Part shown: one piece after another, positions 31,883 through 32,000 of the stretch
Layout: every line of letters starts with the position of its first letter
How positions within the stretch are numbered: the first letter of the stretch is position 1
NCBI GenBank assembly: GCA_026016245.1
Contig: CP061211.1
Span: 120,001 to 152,000, forward strand
Direction: 5' to 3'
Source: Candidatus Pacearchaeota archaeon
Lineage (GTDB): Archaea; Nanobdellota; Nanobdellia; Pacearchaeales; UBA284
DNA: 32,000 nucleotides
The notes under the pieces: model-generated
Seen by the model: only the letters and a program-made list of their open reading frames with translations
The model's database searches: none
What the model was told of the DNA's origin: nothing
Made by a program: the position numbers and the translations under genes

Positions 31883-32000
31883 TCTCTTTCTTTTTATTTT
31901 TATAAATACCCTCAACTATCCCTTCTGCGAATTTTTTTGAATCTTTTGGGGTTGAGTCATAAAAAGAAATTTTATATTCATGAGGAATTTCACTTAATAT

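Noticed and set aside
1-32000. CRISPR arrays, rRNA genes, cas genes.
   Set aside because: No regularly spaced 25-40-nt direct repeats or rRNA-like conserved segments were seen on either strand.

Overview
This is an AT-rich archaeal window. The archaeal assignment rests on TBP, TFE-alpha, a single MCM, an intron-containing tRNA, and TATA-like boxes about 27 nt upstream of starts. Lysine-rich tails on many proteins suggest a small-genome DPANN-like lineage, which is inference only.

Layout:
- 0.1-2.6 kb: an Nre-type repair protein, a ZIP metal transporter and a mini-ferritin.
- 2.9-6.6 kb: a minus-strand cluster of unknown function. It contains a DUF5320-like protein, a DUF134-like HTH protein, an RGG/zinc-ribbon protein, a NifX-like protein and two MinD-ferredoxin ATPases.
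- 6.7-9.1 kb: a HEAT-repeat protein with a secreted metzincin, and a P-loop kinase.
- 9.5-15.2 kb: an information-processing array on the minus strand (RPA-like, MazG, MCM, TBP, rhomboid, TFE).
- 15.3-17.9 kb: orphan ORFs.
- 17.9-23.4 kb: an accessory island bounded by 27-nt inverted repeats with IS6-type GGTTCTGT termini, butted against an intron-containing tRNA-Gly(CCC). It carries an IS6-like transposase, an N6-adenine methyltransferase, an AbrB-type two-gene module missing from the ORF track with a phased TAACGTTA operator array, a wHTH protein, a 373-aa unknown and a small HExxH protein.
- 23.6-25.4 kb: an orphan three-gene operon with a SWIM zinc-finger protein.
- 25.5-27.3 kb: a split MetRS (core plus a separate Trbp111-like domain).
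- 27.5-28.3 kb: tRNA-Val(CAC) and a membrane-anchored wHTH regulator.
- 28.5-31.9 kb: a tight five-gene orphan operon ending in secreted or lipoprotein-like acidic proteins.

No CRISPR array or rRNA is present. The best candidates for undescribed biology are the IS6-TIR cargo island and the RGG/zinc-ribbon-DUF134-NifX-MinD cluster. All family calls come from motif recognition by eye; no searches were run.
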